Assembly (NCBI RefSeq): GCF_004010195.1
Contig: NC_057711.1
Span: 73,903,399-73,942,117, forward strand
DNA length: 38,719 nucleotides
Source: Chiloscyllium plagiosum
Lineage: Eukaryota
Direction: 5' to 3'
Position 1 is the first letter of the stretch; every line of letters begins with the position of its first letter. Below are positions 11,486 through 25,239 of the stretch, one piece after another. The notes under the pieces are model-generated. The model made no database searches and was not told where the DNA came from. It saw only the letters and a list, made by a program, of their open reading frames with translations. A program made the position numbers and the translations under genes.

Positions 11486-13244
11486 CTGTGATCCTCAGAA
11501 GATAAAAGTACACAGGTAAACTTTTAATTAATGATTTCTGCATGCTATTGAAAAATTATTTTTTAAAAATCATTTTCTTTTCATTAGTAGTGTTTCAATT
11601 TTTAATTTTGTTGCAGATAGTGTTTCCTCCGCATACCACAAAGAGACATATGATCTGGTCACAAACCAATTATGTAGCTTAGACAGTAGTGAAACCTTGG
11701 ATGCAAGAGAGTTAATGGTGTAATTATACAATCTGTCTAACTCTCCTCTGTCTTTCACATTCATCCATCCAACCTTTCATCAGAATAAATCACCACCTCA
11801 ACACATATTTGGGTCAGGTGTTCCTCAATATTACATCCAGATTTTAAGTATGGGAAGGAAATAATTTATCCTGCAGTCCCTTAATTACAATTTTTGACCA
11901 CTTTATATAAATGTATTCTCATTGTGGTCTGCTCTGTATTTGTTTTGTTTTAACATTTTCACAGTAAACTCAAAGTTCTACTAAAAATGGAAAAACTCAC
12001 CAACGAAGTGCAGATTCTTAAACCTGCTGTACCTGATGTGCAATACTAAAGATTAAGTGAGTTGATACTTTCAAGTTTAAGACTCAAAGAAAAAACCCAC
12101 AGCTAGTAGGATTGGCACCTTCGGCTGAGATGAAATCGATACAATGTCTGTCACTTCTGTTGGGTTGTGCTCATTCAAAAAATTGCAGGTTCTTGTTTAT
12201 TAGCAGGCCAGTTCTTGCACTAATAATGACGGTGTATTGTCAACATTATTGTTGCGATGAAATTGGCAGCAAATTTGGTGCTCAAGCACAGAATAAGGTG
12301 GAAATCCAAAAAATTGGTATCTATGATTCTATACACTGCAGAGGGAATGCAGTATTGCAAAAGGATATAATGAGTTGGAGATTTGTGTAAATCTGTCAGT
12401 GATGTCCACAAGATGCCATGAAGCAAGGATGGAATAGTCTGTACAGGTGAGTGATGTACTGACAGAAAACCATATTAAGTACAAGGTGTAACCCAAATGC
12501 CTACCAGGGGCAGTAGGTAGACACCCTTCAGTAAGAAGAAGCTATGGGCCATGTATCATAGACATAGTACTAGGTGATCAGCAGGACAGCCAAATCTACA
12601 ATCTGTAGACTAGAGCTTCAAGTGACAAGCCTCATGGCAACACAAACTAAGTTTATAGTTGAGATGTGGTATTTACATTAATGAGTAGGAGGAGCTTGTT
12701 AGCAATCATTCAAACTGTTGACAATTCACCCATCAAGCTTTGAGTCCAAATGCCTCAGTGTTAGCAGCAGCAGAAGTGGAAAAGGAAAGAAGAAGAAACA
12801 AGTCCTAAACTCCATCCTCCTTATCACATCTCAAGTGCTCAAAGATCTGCGGGGAGTCAGCCCGTTCAGTCACATGAAAATCCATTGGAGAAATTTGTGA
12901 CTCTTAGGTGATGTCATCCATAAACAAAAGATCAATCAGCAATAGCAACATTACCCCAGTTTACAATCACAGAAGTCAATGAGATTTGCAAGACCTTATC
13001 CATTACACTGTTCTTAATGTAGGAACTCTTGGAAAAATTATGCCTGTTTTGTTTTAATGCCAACCAATCTTTTTTAAAATCATTTTATTTTGCTGTCAGC
13101 TAACAGCTGTCAGCAAGTACCATCGATTAGGTTTACCTTAAGCAGCAGAACTCCCAGGTGTACACCAAATAAGCATTTGCTAATATATGGCATCTTATTA
13201 TATCAGTGGTAATGTAAAAAAATGTTTTCTTCCTTTGAAATGAT

Positions 13245-13560
13245 GATTATTGTGCACAGCAAATACCCGATTAAATAGCAATGTGAGAAGAGTTAATGTC
13301 TTGGTGGTGACTGAGAAAGAAAATTTGGCTGGCAGACTTAGAAAATTCCCTGCTCTTCTTCAAATTGTGTCACAAAATATTCAATCCCTGAGTGAAACTA
13401 TAGTTTAATGCCTTATCCAGAGAATGACATCTTGAACGATGCAACACTTCCTCTTCAGTAAAGATTAGCTTATGAATTTGCAGAGGGATATGGACAGGGT
13501 TTAATTCCATGACCTTTTGATTTAGACGTGACAATGCTGTGGGCTTAACTAAGTTGACAT
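13245..13560 (-). mobile_element. Old Deu-domain SINE
   Basis: tgtgcacagcaa...agcaatgtga...ccctgctcttcttcaaa...gtttaatgccttatcc resembles the reverse-complement Deu consensus. Confidence 0.55.
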
Positions 13561-14118
13561 GACAGAACTACCCACAATTAAAATGTTCAGTCTGTGCAAT
13601 ACTGTGGGAGGTACACTATATCTGTAAGTTGTGGTTTTCTAATTGTGCAGTTAATGAGTGATTGTCACATTGAAAAGTCAGGTACCTCCCCATGCACTAT
13701 TTAAATTAATGACAAATGTGACAAAGTCCATTCCTCAATTCCTAACATATATTTCCATTGTTGGCACAAAGTTGGAAATCATAGAAATTCAAGGCATAGA
13801 AGGACAGGCATGTCTATGAGAGAATCTGAATAGTTTACGACAGCATGAAACTTATCATCATATGTGATGGATCCATGGCAGACTGAGCAGAGAAACAGAG
13901 TAAGAAGTTCAATAGACCAGTATACTATCTATTCAGTAACAATAAATTTAGTACAACAAAATGATATTTAAAAGGAAGGACAAACCATTTTCAATTCTCA
14001 ATTTTCTAGTGACTCAATAATGTTTTGGAAGGATCAGTCAGTTAGATACCTTGCTATCATAAATAACAAGTAGCGATTTGAAAGAGAGAAAACTAATGAA
14101 AATGTGGAAGAGAATGAC

Positions 14119-14279
14119 CTTCAGCTGATCATCTGTTGCTCCTGTTTTGAATGCTCTCTCACTTCCTGCTAAATCAATCATACTGAGCTTTCCATAAGTT
14201 ACAGCTCCATCACTGAGACTGGTACTTTTTATTGTCACTCCAACAATCAGATGGGATCGTGAATTTTCATTGTTCGTTT
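14119..14279 (-). CDS. Kinesin motor exon 4 (switch I and switch II)
   Basis: tttttttccag|(K)TNNENSRSHLIVGVTI...GKLSMIDLAGSERAFKTGATDDQLK|gtcatt; 161 nt. Confidence 0.95.
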
Positions 14280-14842
14280 CTGGAAAAAAATGAGAAAATG
14301 AATGAACTGACATACAACAGGCTGCATGTGACTACAAAGTTGGCATTACACATTTTGGGATTACTTGTTATATCTAGGAAAATCAATTTATACCACATAA
14401 AAAATGAGAATTAGTAAAGTGAGAGGGGAGTAGCCCCCTGATTTGGGTCAAGACCCATTTATGCTAAGTTTCTGTTCCATTCTGACTCTGAGGCAAATAG
14501 CGATAGGGCTTCTTATCCTGGTATTTTCTCTGTACTAACATCAAGAGACAGGATTGTCAGAAACATTCTGCCTCTGAGAGGAAGTCATGTTAAAATCTTC
14601 CTGAGTCCATGAGCTGGAGCCTAAATGGCACTGGTATTGGAGTGAGTAAGTACCTATGTTATTTTTTAAATGGCCCTCGCCCTAGAATTTGGAGCAGAGC
14701 AAAGGTGAGGGTAAACTCCAGCAACAAAGCACTAAGACAGTACTATTTAGGTTTTGATCACCTGTTACTAACTATTGGTTAAATAACTCAGTTTGGGTTC
14801 CAGTAATCTAACAACTATTTCCACTGTTGCATATTTTGAAGT

Positions 14843-15170
14843 TAGAACATTCCCTACAGTATGGAAACAGGCCCTTCAGCACAACAAGTGCACACCAACC
14901 CTCTGAAGAGTAACCTACCCAGACCCCTTCCTCTACCCTATATTTACCCCTGACTAGTGCATCTAACATTATGGGTAATTCAGCATGACCAATTCACCTG
15001 ACCTGCACATCTTTGGAGTGTGGAAGGAAACCAGAGCACCCAGAGGGAACTCACTCAGACATGGGGTGAATGCGCAAACTCCACACAGACAGATGCCCAA
15101 GGCGGGAATCAAACCTGGGTCCCTGGTGCTGTGAGGCAGCAGTGCTAACCACTGAGCCTTCATGCCACCC
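14843..15170 (-). mobile_element. HE1-like V-SINE
   Basis: ccctacagtatggaaacaggccc...cctggtgctgtgaggcagcagtgctaaccactgagcc. Confidence 0.9.
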
Positions 15171-15180
15171 AAAACTTTGT

Positions 15181-16460
15181 ACACAGGAATGCACAAATGA
15201 GGAGCAGGAATCGGCCTTTCAGCCCCTCAAGCCTGATCTGCCTTTCAGCAAATTCATGTTTATGTTTCAAATTCAACATTCACACATGCTCCTTGATAAC
15301 CTTTGATTCTGTTGCCTAACAAGAATCTGTCCATTTCCACCTTAACAATGTCCAAAGAAATTACCTCTACTGCCTTCTGAGGCAGAGAGTTTGAAAGTTG
15401 TACAACGCTCATAATTGTTTTCCCTTTATTTCTGTCCTAAAGGAGAAGCCCCTCATTTTTTAACTGTGCTCCTACTTCTGGACTCACTCACAAGGGGAAA
15501 CATCACCTCTACATCCACCTTGTCAAGAATGTTCAGGCGTCTTATCTATTCAGTTAAGTAACTTTTCTAAATTCTAGTGGACATGTATCCAGTCTACCCA
15601 ACCTATCAACATAAGAGAACACACTCTTCCCAGGTTTAAGTCTAGCAAGCTTCCTCCAAAATATCTCAGTAGCATCAACATCTTTTAAATAAGAAGAGCA
15701 AAGCTGCATGCATTATTCTACGTTTGGTCTCACCAATGTCATGTCTCACTAAATCAAACTTTTAGTTTCAATTCCTTTCATAGTAAAGGATAGCATTCCA
15801 TTAGCTTTCTTGATTACATACTGTACCTGTATGCTAACATCTTCTGATTCATGTACTAGAAAACCTAGATCCCACTTTGGAATTCTGCAGTCACTTTCTA
15901 TTTAATAGGGTGGCATGGTGACTCTGTGGTTAGAACTGATGTCTTATAGCACCAGGGACCCAGGTTCAATTTCACTCTCAGATGACTGCCCGTGTGGAAT
16001 TTGAACATTCTCCCTGAGTCTGTATTGTTTTCTTTTGGGTGCTCCAGTTTGTTTCCACAAACAAAGATTTGCAGATTAGGTAGACTGGCCATACTATATT
16101 GCCCATAATGTCCAGGGATGTGGATTAGACATGGGAAATGTTGGGATACGGGGACAGGGTGAAATGCTCTTCAGAGGATCAGTGGGCCAAATGCTCTGCT
16201 TTAACACAGTATGGCTACCATGCTTTATTATTCTCCCTGCCAGTGTGAACAAATTCACATTTTTCCACATTATCATCAGTCAGATTTTTACCCAATGTAT
16301 ATTATGGTCTGCAACTTCCTTGTGTCCTTTGCACAACTTTCATTCTTAGCTATTTTTAGATCATCTGGAAGTTTAGTTAACATACTTTCACTCCTCTAAT
16401 CTAAGTTATTGATATCAATTGTAAAATGTTGATGGTCTGGCACAGACGTCTTTCTATCAG
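15181..16460 (-). mobile_element. Decayed CR1 LINE fragment interrupted by a SINE
   Basis: ggagcaggaatcggcctttcagcccctcaagcctg 3' end; similar to 9590-10745. Confidence 0.65.
15908..16215 (+). mobile_element. HE1-like V-SINE
   Basis: gggtggcatggtgactctgtggttag...ccagggacccaggttcaatt...gtgtggaatttgaacattctccc. Confidence 0.85.
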
Positions 16461-17392
16461 ACTACCGTCCTACCAAGCATATTCCCACTGTTTTCCTTCA
16501 AATAATTCCCTGATTTTTCACTCTAATTCAGATCCTGAAAAGAAAAATGAGAAAGACTGTGAAACAACCTGACAATATGTTTTTTCTCATGCCATGCTGG
16601 ATGAACTTGACCCCGATACATTCCCTAGCTTTGCCAGTACTTTTAAAAAATATTTTTGGAAATGGATCTGTTTGTAGATCTATCTGGATTTATGTTAAAT
16701 TCCTGCAAAGCTCTTAGAACTGATCAGGAGAGTGCTAGAGGGCATCTTGGTTATCTACACAAGTACGTTATGACCTAAATGACATGTATGCATTTTGTCT
16801 ATCAGTCTGAGATATTTAAATAGGAATCATCAACAAAGAAAAACTCATTAGCTGCTGGCAAGTAGTTTTGCATTCGGGAATTCTAGAAACTAATTCTGCA
16901 AATCCATTTCCTGGACCTAAGAATGAAATTATTTTTCTGTTTAAAAAAAAGATCTTTGTAATAACAGAAGGTAAGGTTAAGAGATTAGAACTCTGCACTT
17001 AGATTTGTATGCTTTTTTTTTGGATGTAGAAGAAAGAATCACAATAAAAAGGTGAATGTCCAAGATATTGAGAAAAAAGATGGGATGAGGATACACTTCT
17101 AACTATTCAGGATCTTTTAATGCACATACAACCATGTGGCATATTTAATTTAATGCATGCTTTATATGTCTGATAGATTTTTAATGAACATATAACTCAC
17201 CCATCTCCCCTTCTTCAATACAAGTACAATGCATAATTACCAAATAGGTGTCAACCTTAGATAATATGATGAAATAAACAAGACACTTGCAATCCCCTCC
17301 ATTAAAATCATATGATGCATTAAACTAACAGTTACACAAACTTTGGCCTTATTTGATAAATAGATGGTTTTCTGTGACATGTCCCATCTTAC

Positions 17393-17603
17393 TTGTGGCT
17401 GCTGTGTGGCGATTTGTACAACCCTGCTCAAACAATGCATAGAGCATTTCTGCACTGGTGACCTCCTTTATTTCTGCTCCTTGGATGTATACAAATCCTT
17501 TTCTATCCCTCCTTACTTCAAGCTTTGTAGTGGAACCTTCACAAGGGTTGATGAAAAGGTCCAAAAGTTGATCATTATGTAACTCCAACATGTAAGTCAA
17601 GAC
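17393..17603 (-). CDS. Kinesin motor exon 3
   Basis: aacttag|VLTYMLELHNDQLLDLF...KGFVYIQGAE...GCTNRHTAAT A|gtaaga; 211 nt. Confidence 0.95.
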
Positions 17604-19614
17604 CTAAGTTAAACAATGATACAGAAGCCAGTCAACAAAATGCCAAAATAATGGACTGAGACGAATGTACCTTCCATTTAAAACAGAATCGCTATTGAAA
17701 CAATATGGAAGACCCCAGGCCTGGCAATCAGGTAGGACGTTCTTGTACTATGAGTGGGAAATAACAGACGTACATATTAAATGAACTAATTTAATGTTAC
17801 TATAATCAACGATACACCCACCAGAAGAACCAAGCTCTACATCTGGCACTACAGGCTGAATTTTCTCAGCCCCTGAATGAAACAGGCAATCATAAGTCAG
17901 AACGGAGAATGTTACAAGATTGGCAAAAAGAGCATTCACTGATAGAAAATGTCCGACTCTGAAAGTAGGTTTTGAATGGGGAATCAAGAATCTTGCTAAT
18001 GAGCATCAAGTGGCCTATTTGCATGAACTTACGTGAGTGCCTAATCTCTCCTCATTCAGTTACCTATTCTCCCATGTGCTAGAGAAAAACTTGATTGTGA
18101 CAATTCTCAACATGAAAGTCACAGTGGGTCCATGGCAACTCCTTGGCACCACTTGCTCCACCGGACTTCCATCTTGGACAGCAGTCCAGCAGTCCCAACC
18201 TCACAACTAAGTTCCATGGACAGGGGTCTAACAGTTCACTCCAAACACAGTCTACTGTATTGTCCTTGCATTCTATGTTCTACACAGCTGGAGCAGGCAA
18301 AGAGATGGTGTGCTGGACACAGAATTGCTGGAAGAATGACTTCAGTCTTCCAAAGAGGAAGATGAGGACTTTGAGCTGGAGGTACATCATTTTCAGTAGG
18401 ATAGAGCTGTGCAACATCAGGCACAACAAGCCAGTCAGGACATAATTGACATCAGGTTCCAGCAATTGAGAGCTGGGTGCATTAATCACTCATTGACTGG
18501 AAACTTGTTGTTTATCAAAAGACATGCTGTCCCTAATAAGCTAAGCATTTCACTACCTCAGATATTGAGGAGGCGGGGGGCGGTAGCACACCCTTAGACA
18601 GGTTTTTTTACATGCTATGGCACTATGGCAGCATCATTTTTGTAGCTGAAGCACTATGCACACACTGAAGGGCAGCTCCTGGCTGGCAGTGCTTGATCTG
18701 AACATGGCTGGACTGTAAGCATGGTTTCAGGAATCCTGAGGTATTGACAATGCCAAATACTTCCACTGTTGGGACTGAATGCTAGTGGGCACTGTAGTGG
18801 AATGAGGTAAACTGTGAAGAATTGAATAAGATAACTTGCTAGAGTTTACAGAGAGAAACCCTCCATGAAACACCCTGAAACTGACAGTTTTCTGGTATGA
18901 TCCAGCCCTTTGTTGGGAAAATCCAAAAATCATCCCATAATAATAGGGTTTACTGAAGAAATAGACTAAATGCTCTGAAATGAATCACATCCAATTATTT
19001 TGTGTACTACTTTCTCTCCTAGCTCCTCAGGCTATTTGAATCAGTGTCTTATGGTGGACATTAAACTCCAGGAGCTTGGGGTTTCTTTTAGTTTAATATG
19101 CATCCATTTCTTCTTGGTGAAGGAAAGAAACAAAACTGTAGATGTTGGAAAACTGCAACAGAAACAGAAAATCCTGGGAACACTCAGCAGTTCAAGAGGC
19201 TTTCATAGAAAACAACTAGCACTTAATCAATTCTGCTAAAGAAGTCGGGTTTGTGTGGCTCCATGCGTTTGTAAAAACATTAGTGTGACAGACAGTGAGA
19301 TCTACTTAGTAATCATTCATGAAGCAGATATGTTGTTTTCTCTATGTTAGAATATTTTTCCCTTTCCAGGTTTTGCCTTTAACAATGCACTTTCAAAAAT
19401 TTTAATGGAACTTTTGCACAACTTCCATTTTTTTTGCTGTACTGCACTTCAAAATAAGGTGTCAATACTCAATATGTCAATGGTCACTGCAAATGCAGGC
19501 CCTTCATGTTATCTCCTTTTTATTTGATTTGTTTCTTTGGTGAGAAGTGGAATGGAAGGCTTGTATTGCAGCAACCATTGAGCTGGCAATAAGGATTGAG
19601 CCCTAAGGTAAAGT

Positions 19615-19985
19615 AAAAGCAAAAATACTGCAGATACTGGAAATCTGAAATAAAACCTGTAAGTGCTGGAAATAATCAGAAGGTCTGGGAGGATCTATGG
19701 TGAAAGAAACCAAGTTGAAAGCAATGAAGGTGAACAAGATAAAACAGTGTAAAAGAATTCCAGTTGGACAGTTGAACTGGAAGAGAATTGGCAATGAATT
19801 AGACACTAAAATAAATGTAAGTTACAGCAAGAAACTGGAAATTCCCAGCACGTTCGGCAGACTCTGTGGTGAGAGAAGCAGAGTTAAGTGCACGTGCTCT
19901 GAAGAAATCTTATTCTTTGTTTCTCTCGACACAGATGCCACCAAACCTGCAGAGTATTCCCAGTGCTTCCTGTTTTTATTTCAAC
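19615..19985. mobile_element. Decayed Penelope-like terminal-repeat fragments in both orientations
   Basis: aaaagcaaaatactgcagatactggaaatctgaaa...; acagatgccaccaaacctgc; same family as 26665-26900. Confidence 0.55.
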
Positions 19986-20182
19986 TTTAAGGGGCTGTGA
20001 ATCAGATGATCCGAGAGTTGTCATTCACTCCAAAGATATCTTCATGCTTTCAATACCATACATCAGAACCTCAGACATACAGAATTTGTTACACAGAATA
20101 TTTGAAATTAGAGACAAGTACTAAAACATTCAAGGTTTATGAGTAAGTTTTAAAAAAAAATTATATTGTTTTACCATCTCAC

Positions 20183-20363
20183 CTTAAATGTAAAGTTTGC
20201 TTGGTTTTCATGTATAATTTGAAATATTCTCTTGAATGCTCTGGGTATTATTCCTAGATTTGCTGGTTCCTTCTCTCCAATCATTGTGAATGTTTTCCCA
20301 GAGCCTGTCTGACCATAAGCAAAGATGCACACATTGTAGCCATCGACAGCTGACTCAATTAGC
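20183..20363 (-). CDS. Kinesin motor exon 2 (P-loop)
   Basis: ctacag|[29 protein letters not shown]...GIIPRAF...FTFK|gtgaga; 181 nt. Confidence 0.97.
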
Positions 20364-21539
20364 CTGTAGGTGCACAATGCATTAATTACTGATTCAACGG
20401 TTAACCAGAATAATTACCTTCCAATAGTATAGGACAGTCCTACATTAATACAATACATACACAAAACATTGGTTCACGTATAGATGATTTTTATGCACTG
20501 ACTTCCTATTATGCCCCGAAGAGAACATTTAACGTTTCCATGTATATGCATCAAACAAAATCAGCAACAGCACAGATAGGGTCAATTGATCAGTCTTTTA
20601 AAGTGAAATGGTGAATGAAATATAGGACTTTTTAAGAAATGGACTATGACAAAAGTCTTCCAACTTGTTCCAAATTCCATCAGCGATACTATTGAGACAC
20701 CAAGGTGTGATGACATGTTATACGTTTCTTGAACTTGGTGATAACTTGGTTGCAAATAATCTTTATTGAATTTGACCTTCTCTTGAAATACTTAATATCT
20801 TAAGCAATGGTCACACAGAAAAAATAAATAACAACAAAACATGACAGATGGGTAAACTTTGAAATGAAAGAAAAGATGCTGGAAATACACAGTAACTCTG
20901 GCAGCATCTGTGGCAAGAGAAAGAGAGTTTAGGGATTGAATTTAATGTCCCCTCCCACTTCCCTGCAAAACAGTTAGAAGCCAGGGGACCTATTTAATAA
21001 GGTGTGAGGTGGAAGGCCTTCTCCAGTTTCACACAAACATCCCAAATTAAGCCAGGGTAATATCCCTGCCTCTGAATCTGCAGGCCCAGGTTTAAGTCCC
21101 AATGTCTTCAGAAATAACATCTCTGAACAGGTTGATTAGAAAGTACCTAAACATCTATTGTATCAGCGACAAGAGTGAGACCATGCTCACGGGCAGACTT
21201 GCTAGAATAATACAAGGAATGGCACATCCCCCTGCGTTGTATAGGCATTCTAATCAAACTCCATGAAGAAGCCACAGATATTGCATCTCCCCAGCCAGGT
21301 TTGTTTTGAGAGGTAACCATTGAAACTCTCTGCAATATCGATAATAGCCCCCATAGGTATCTTCTATAGCACACAAAGGCTTTGACCAGATGCAAAGGCA
21401 ATCCTTTCATACAGTGACTCATCCAGGAACCCCAGTCATGTGACTGAAACCTGAACGTGGAACCTGATAGTGCCTTGAGAGACATGAGCTACAGAGCAAA
21501 ATTTAGGAGAATTGTTTGAGAAATCCAGTGAAGTCTTTC

Positions 21540-23200
21540 GTGACATCAGGGCAATCAGTTACATTTTCCCAAAGAGGTCCAGACATCAGGATGAGATTCT
21601 CACTAGGGTGTGGTGAGAGATCCACTAATGGCGATTATAATGGGGGTTAACATTCTCATTAACTGCAAACCTCTCCTTATTAATAACACCCTCCTATTGT
21701 ATCACAGAATGGTTAGAAACTGGAAGCCAAGACGTCCTGACGTGAAAATCCAAGCGGGAACCTAGTAATTCCAGCTTGCTACTTGCACCTCTGGACAATT
21801 ATCTTGGACACCTAGCACTAATGTTTATGGGTACGCTTCCAGGTAGCAGTTGCACATACCTGTTGTTCACAGCAGTGGTGTCTATAACATTCCACTGTCT
21901 TTGTCCCATCATAGTACATCTCCAACGCACTTGCCTAAAATGCTATGTTTTAATGCTGCAATGGGAGCACCCATTGAAATGCTTCAGCAACGACACATTG
22001 CACACAAGAGCAGACGCCCAGCTGCTAGACTGGACTGGGTTGCACCTGAGGGCTGCTAGCTTGTTCTCTTAGGATTCACCTAGCATCTAGTTGGATTCTC
22101 AAAGCCTTGTCCTGCATTGCTTTTTAGTATGTTGGTTTATTAGCCAGAGTCTGAATTGCTGTTTAGCACAGACACTGAGCCAGACTGCATGTTAACTGTA
22201 ATCAGTCCAGTGTGTGTTACACTGTGCTATACCAATCGCACACCTACATCATGCACCTGTGTGCTAAACACTGCCTGTGCTGCAACCAAATAGCCATGTT
22301 CAATTGTCTGTGGGGAGTTGGCCTCAGTCAAGTCAAGGGAGCTGTTGTCAGGCGGGGGTCCTGGTCTGGTTACTCAGTGTGAGTGTCTGCCCACATTCCA
22401 GGGTCAGTCATCCACTAAGGACAGTCATGGTGAAGGGTCCCGCCTCACTGCAGAGTAGGAAGTGGGCCATATTCAGCTATGCAGGTCCAGTGCAAGCAGT
22501 CAGGAGAATAGTGAATCATCAATTGGGACCTGGAAGCAGAGTGGACACGGTTCTTGTCAGTTATTACTCAGGGCTGTCCGTTGATGGGAGGTGGAGACCA
22601 GACAGTGCTAGGGTCCATGAATAGCTGAGTACAGAATGCTGTGGGAGGGAATGTTATAGGTAGTCACCACCAACAGACAGTGGCACATAACATTAGGCAT
22701 TACTGAACTGCAGTGGCTGAGCCTAGTACTGATGCGTATATTCCATATTGCATTCCCTGCCATCACTTTCCGATGCCTAGAAGTGATGTGCAACTGGAAA
22801 ATACTTGGGAAAATGCCTAGGATTGTGGAGTCAGTGTCAGTTTGATGGGTACCTTTGCTCGCTGGGAGGACAATGAAAGGGCAAAGGTATAAATAATCCA
22901 CTTGCAGAATGCAGGCACACATCATTTGCAATCATATCACCATTCATGCATGTAGTGTACAAGTATGTGGGGTGAAAATGCTAGTCATAAGCAATGGACA
23001 CTATGTTATTAGTGCTTGCAAATCACATGTAGATTTCCATGAAGCAGAAGTAATCACGGCAACATTTAGAGAAGTCTAGAGGCAACAATGAACTCAATTC
23101 TTGTGAGACATCAAAGGGTGCAGTGGGGGAATGGACCTGAATCCCTTGCCACCTCGCCTGTAAGTATTATGCAGGATTCTCGAATATGCAATGATAACTC
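21540..23200 (+). mobile_element. Possible decayed DNA transposon (Harbinger-like)
   Basis: More GC-rich block; near 22900-22975 the broken peptides IICNH and FMHVVYKYVG resemble NVQxxCD...xxHVxARxPGS; weak. Confidence 0.3.
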
Positions 23201-23691
23201 TCCTGGGAAGCAAAAGGTTCAGTACGCATGACACACTTTCACTGTATAGTATGCGTTTGTCATATGATCAGTGGAGCAACTCTTCCAAATAAATGCCAAT
23301 CGCAAAAGTGCCATGACATAATCTGAGGCTTCACTGGCTTTCTCCTCAGGAGGTGAAAGTAGAGCCTGATGTCTTTTGTGTTGGTGGTTTTCTGCGTTCG
23401 GCTCGTACCTGCATGAAAAGGATAAGGTGAAGCAGTTTTTGTAAAAGTGAGGAATGTGTTAAAATGTGTGATAATGGGAGAACAGTTCAGCATAGACAAT
23501 AGAACTTACTTAGTTGGTTGCCTATTGTCCAACATCCGTGGAGAGACAGCAAGCTAAAGTTTTGAGTCTAGATTACTCTTCATCAGAGCAGATTCCAGCA
23601 TCCACAGTATTTTGCTCCTATGTTATGTTTAATAGACTGCAATCTCTCTGAGGACAACTTTCTGAAATTTTGATTAATAATTAAAACCAAC

Positions 23692-23884
23692 CTATTTATA
23701 TCTCTGAAGGATTCTTCCTGTGATGTGGAACCGTCAAATACTTGATCAAATTGGAACTCCTTCACTCCATGGCTACTTTTGATGGTCACCGTATACTCAT
23801 CAGGAGATTGGACAATACACTGGCTTCCGTGAGTTAGCTCAGATTTACTCAAAGGCCGTATACGACAGAAGACGTGGATTTTTC
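23692..23884 (-). CDS. Kinesin motor exon 1
   Basis: tatacag|GKIHVFCRIRPLSKSE...KEFQFDQVFDGSTSQEESFRDIN(R)|gttggt; 193 nt, phase 1 to 2. Confidence 0.95.
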
Positions 23885-24972
23885 CTGTATAATGGAAAGT
23901 GGTACGTGCAAGCACAGTTTCACCATTTTCAACTCTAGTGTAATCCTTTTACTGCATAAAATGACTTGCTACATTTATCACCAATAATGATCTCTGTGAA
24001 TTTATTCTGGGATCTGTGGTAACTCTGAGTGCTGCTACAATAGCATTCCCATAGATCGAGCAAGCAATTGCCAGATTTCATTCAGCAATTAGGAAATAAA
24101 GAATAGAACCCATGTAAAGCCCTTACATTGTGCAAAATCCGCACTATGATCTTGCCTGTTTGGTTTTTGGCCAGGGTATTCTGGAGAAGAGCGGAAGGTA
24201 TGTCTGTTCACAAGACCGTCATTATTATCAACAGTGGTTCTTGGTCAGCTATGAATAGGGGGCATAAATAATCCATAAGCTGAAAATTGAATAGAAGTGA
24301 ACAAGAAGTTAATGGATGTCAAGAGATGAGAAAATGTTTGCAATTGTTGCCTAAATCACTAAAATGTTATTGATATAGTTTTTTATGACATTCTGATTTC
24401 ATTCAGTTTGTTTGCTGACTTTTTATTTAAAAAAATCCTTTGAGGAATGCGGATGTCACTGACAAGCCTGGCATTTGTTGCCCAGCCCAAAATATCCTTG
24501 AACTGAGAAGCTTGCTTGACAAGTGCAGAGGGCAGCACAGAATCAACAACATTGCTGTGTCACATATAAGCCAGACTGGGTAAGGATTCTAGATTTCCTT
24601 CATTAAAGAACATTAGTGAAGCAGCCCTCAGAATGAATAGCAATGGTATTGTGCTGTTATGCAATGATGTCTACACTGATGAATTAATAGTTATGACGTT
24701 ATGACCAAATCACTGAAAATATTTTAAGTATTGGGACTTTGGTAACAAATGAAAAACGGTCAATGAGTACATATTTATTACATCTCATTCAGGTGATGTA
24801 CCTCAGATATGAGATCACAGATAAGTCACACTTGACCTAGTGAATCAATGGTGATGTTTATTTTGCCTGCTCTTCCTTTGTATTTTGCAGAAAGCAATAT
24901 TAATTCTGAACAAATTGATGAGAGTTGTCAAATCTGACATGAATTTCATCCACGCATAATGCTCAGCCGCAC

Positions 24973-25072
24973 CTTTCAAATCCTCCACCATATTGCAGTA
25001 TTTCTTTCTCAGAGTCTTCTCAGTATTCAAATTCTTCACCAGATTTTTATTTTCCAACTTCAGCTGTTCCAA
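24973..25072 (-). CDS. Kinesin-14 neck coiled-coil exon
   Basis: ttttctgtgcag|LEQLKLENKNLVKNLNTEKTLRKKYCNMVEDLK G|gtgcgg; resembles the KCBP-type neck LRKxYxNxxEDxKGKIRV. Confidence 0.92.
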
Positions 25073-25239
25073 CTGCACAGAAAATAAAAATGGATGTTGG
25101 TGAAAAGATCTTCATTGTTTACAACAAAAAGAATATTTTTAAAAATTAAATCTATATACCAGTGGTGAATTGATCACCTTTTGGTGATGATAATAAAGGA
25201 TTCAGTTTACCAGAATTTTGACGAGAGAACATAATTTAT

